DNA of 64,000 nucleotides from Candidatus Omnitrophota bacterium (GTDB lineage Bacteria; Omnitrophota; Gorgyraeia; Gygaellales; Profunditerraquicolaceae): NCBI GenBank assembly GCA_026416665.1, contig JAOAET010000028.1, positions 3,706 to 67,705 of the forward strand, read 5' to 3'. Shown piece by piece: positions 63,701 to 64,000 of this stretch (position 1 is its first letter; each line of letters starts with the position of its first letter). The notes under the pieces were generated by a model. It saw only the letters and a program-made list of their open reading frames with translations, ran no database searches and was not told where the DNA came from. The position numbers and the translations under genes were made by a program.

Positions 63701-64000
63701 CCACAGCCTCCGTCTTGTTTCTTCTCTCTTTTTTTCTGTAAAAGGCGTATTTTTGTAAGTATAAAATCCTCTAAAATTTCTTCATCTTCTCTATTACGTG
63801 CAACAACTACCCATTCTTTTATAAAAGGATAATGGTTATATGTTCCGTTTAAATCCCCATATTCTTTTATGAAATCTGTGGTTAGAAACAATAATTTTAG
63901 CGTATCTTCCCAAGCAGGTTTTCCAGATATTCGAGAGGTAAAGGAAATGGTAAAGATATGGTCCAAAGTAACAGGGGACATAAAAATCTCAAAAAACCAG
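57748..64000 (-). CDS. 3' portion of a giant multidomain protein built of DGG-delimited modules (5' end beyond window)
   Basis: 2077-aa ORF; frame stays open upstream of the ATG at 63981 (WFFEIF, no SD) to the window edge; nine DGG motifs separate HEAT, ParB-like, GNAT, MTase, UPF0146 and MTase domains. Confidence 0.88.
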   Translation of the reverse strand, partial: WFFEIFMSPVTLDHIFTISFTSRISGKPAWEDTLKLLFLTTDFIKEYGDLNGTYNHYPFIKEWVVVARNREDEEILEDFILTKIRLLQKKREKKQDGGCGTNIDNHEFLEGKERFRVILLREISGTEYYQVLAQDTNGIYYFVIAELILGKLYECWRSEKITAHKKAIDFFYDYIDQPEKALALLKKPVTKQEHRFIQRYPRQKRTKTNDEVFWHQLFVNSPYAGLVFLEDEAFEVVAKGKILRLTTSCDGEPQVVELVDETDFLDKEDIYENIAEGRISISKRHLEALKLAYIEEEALPIRIFYDKVKQLFIVKGGLCFAEIYRFEQEKNNLDGGDQKDKIKFQRKKNKKILNLSYFRKQLSKEDDKKKRMVAAKVLLSLKDERSIKIFVSLLEDEDEQIKLVAMDALLKYGEHAVKELIKFLEKSENTEAKALAVAILGYSRSTQAVEPIINAMAQQELTVVALEALGHLGSKATEFLIETLRISDNELLSFLVVAALALQGRESTPALLKAMANDFNLSVCRHYFEALALMDLKALPACLYYLNRHTSSKLRMVSIVVLNSIKQRHFKKGQPIWTINEFYDGIELSAYLNFWKNYQKNLEERNYDGGKDKKDVSYLTFSREYINEIFSRQKFIHPSDIINDILAIHQDKNTGLNSVTQEKSYVSISELLPTCHICQFEKLILQIYFLANNIKQPLIIWEDIDYQKAKKGIIQYYRYVVDGHHRVLAAMLLDIKKLPATIYTPNKKGVVEFTRDRKNWDEIIISFKKNFIKLKDIKLIEADDKKVSLKINKNNESGKIYNRNCLARDGGEEFWISDKDALELIGRDLIKEIIKRAREIQRSKGFEEANETDNIKIKVENSYLEERFRIVISIGLEYLVWLEISKIDEFCIELSSIHLHPFLRRQKIGSRLVLSICNYFEKHNFKEIQILPLDKKAEKFWNCFGVGYRKAPLGFLPEIKKLKIVIQSYLHKNYSLNTYKDGGEVKLTSFPFLIRATIRIYSPEDNQQGVYKVKAEVLNLFNKKIAEIVAVQTINPTYTKPYNYDGIIIIKTFDKFTNFGQIKFWVSRLSGVIPKKFQEKFSWLEKGNVRFIIDGKFLEKCAEGAKVSFYLSPYPFSKFQKNPKTNKNYLDVFLLLEIAALVWNKVLKPQELCLISWSDIFHPDVWKSKRKTQNSYQLYIDPNTARDFRSRYGKIWSKNWLMQWVKETLLPNQRYARFWNSLIEGCDGGDIDRYKPVVLSFKNQQCTKKDIPAQPGHISLAEEVIAEDATYQGRDHKMYLDAEQRIKESLRCLKQHDISTYEVVMILGPGKWLTEAEYLAERIKPEAIYLVEVLKENVEDLARQIKGKDNLKEKCSVYYMSCLDLKYVFKEKSIDFIYGSLSTGTEILGIEGSKNTWKATNDILRPKGIAVFYNIYYELTWEQRKQTRKREWFSLPQDFPYGPYISSPLEEYQKLMELKGTHRKKGQCKISEDDDIKFNYEGQFYSSTYGELVSWWQKDGGENNSFSIQEHLRRDEIGRAIAYYILQNYSKARKIVEIGVGAVWWVCAYIKKRGPANLEVIATDVNPLLLKETSTALEKYAIDVQVVRDDVTKPCNDIYDNANLIYAIRPYPELTQHLIDLAERIKADLLIYKFPQEIDDQIKMNFEPVRYKKSRHTFYLRKKGMSLNSQKFNITDSSRFGEKKEGLDKEVNKHDGGWLGKLTAQEFKQLVRYRCWGDLTPAEQLDIVLRYVESPEKKRLLELGCGWGGFALIAATKGNFKEVIAIDRQTDTIRLAKEISAYRFLVDFDEGISWKIEEVYKLKKKGINGVSTLPKNLLLRTADAAWLPFIKNSSIDIVYTSTALEDISLPVLKEIVRVLKDKGLFFFDYFSNNRFQFDELLRTSELAGYTAKDIGPTTLIRICKIKSDNDTRKMPESPKTFRDKDGGNLVLPCKERHSRPVPQKQNYKSDISDILECYIPPYHFVGYKLIYFKKDTEKVGALVCIKLGRKKGAGKNTILLTNLQEEINPLSNEFNKNMNSYDTTAKGLPLEWFLRYQNKIFFIMELVNYVDFRILDEIKVEAQKISWRIEKQLLQLSEFTGSV

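Noticed and set aside
63961-63981. ATG at 63981 as the true start of the giant ORF
   Set aside because: No SD or signal peptide, and the frame remains open to the window edge, so the gene probably starts further upstream.
57748-63981. Giant ORF as an RHS/CDI toxin, NRPS/PKS, adhesin or intein-containing protein
   Set aside because: No YD, hemagglutinin or Ig repeats, no condensation, adenylation or KS motifs, and no intein-like HN-C/S/T termini at the module junctions in the visible part.

Overview
AT-rich bacterial chromosomal window in which every credible gene lies on the minus strand. LptD, a type IV pilus locus and a giant modular ORF suggest a diderm, possibly Omnitrophota (inference only). 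Left to right: nucleotide-sugar genes (rfbB partial, NRS/ER-like epimerase/reductase, rfbA, uxs, ugd, manC); housekeeping genes (tyrS, rpsA, plsC, PGM/PMM, rpe, nadD, proA, proB, obgE, rplU, RNase E/G); pilMNOPQ plus minor pilins and a major pilin preceded by a c-di-GMP-I riboswitch with terminator; lptD, tal, ROK kinase, sugar ABC ATPase, accD; a heat-shock operon (hspR-like, CIRCE variant, clpB-hrcA-grpE-dnaK-dnaJ, with archaeal-like DnaK/DnaJ); hflX, miaA, miaB; and a ~12 kb two-component cluster bracketed by two PilZ genes. The window ends in the 3' part (>=2077 aa, open at the edge) of a giant ORF. This ORF is the standout. It is a string of unrelated ~170-275 aa domains (HEAT, ParB/Srx-like, GNAT, two class I methyltransferases, UPF0146, unknowns), each delimited by a recurring Asp-Gly-Gly (DGG) tripeptide that is conserved in protein but not in DNA. 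This is consistent with a cleavable polyprotein or effector array.
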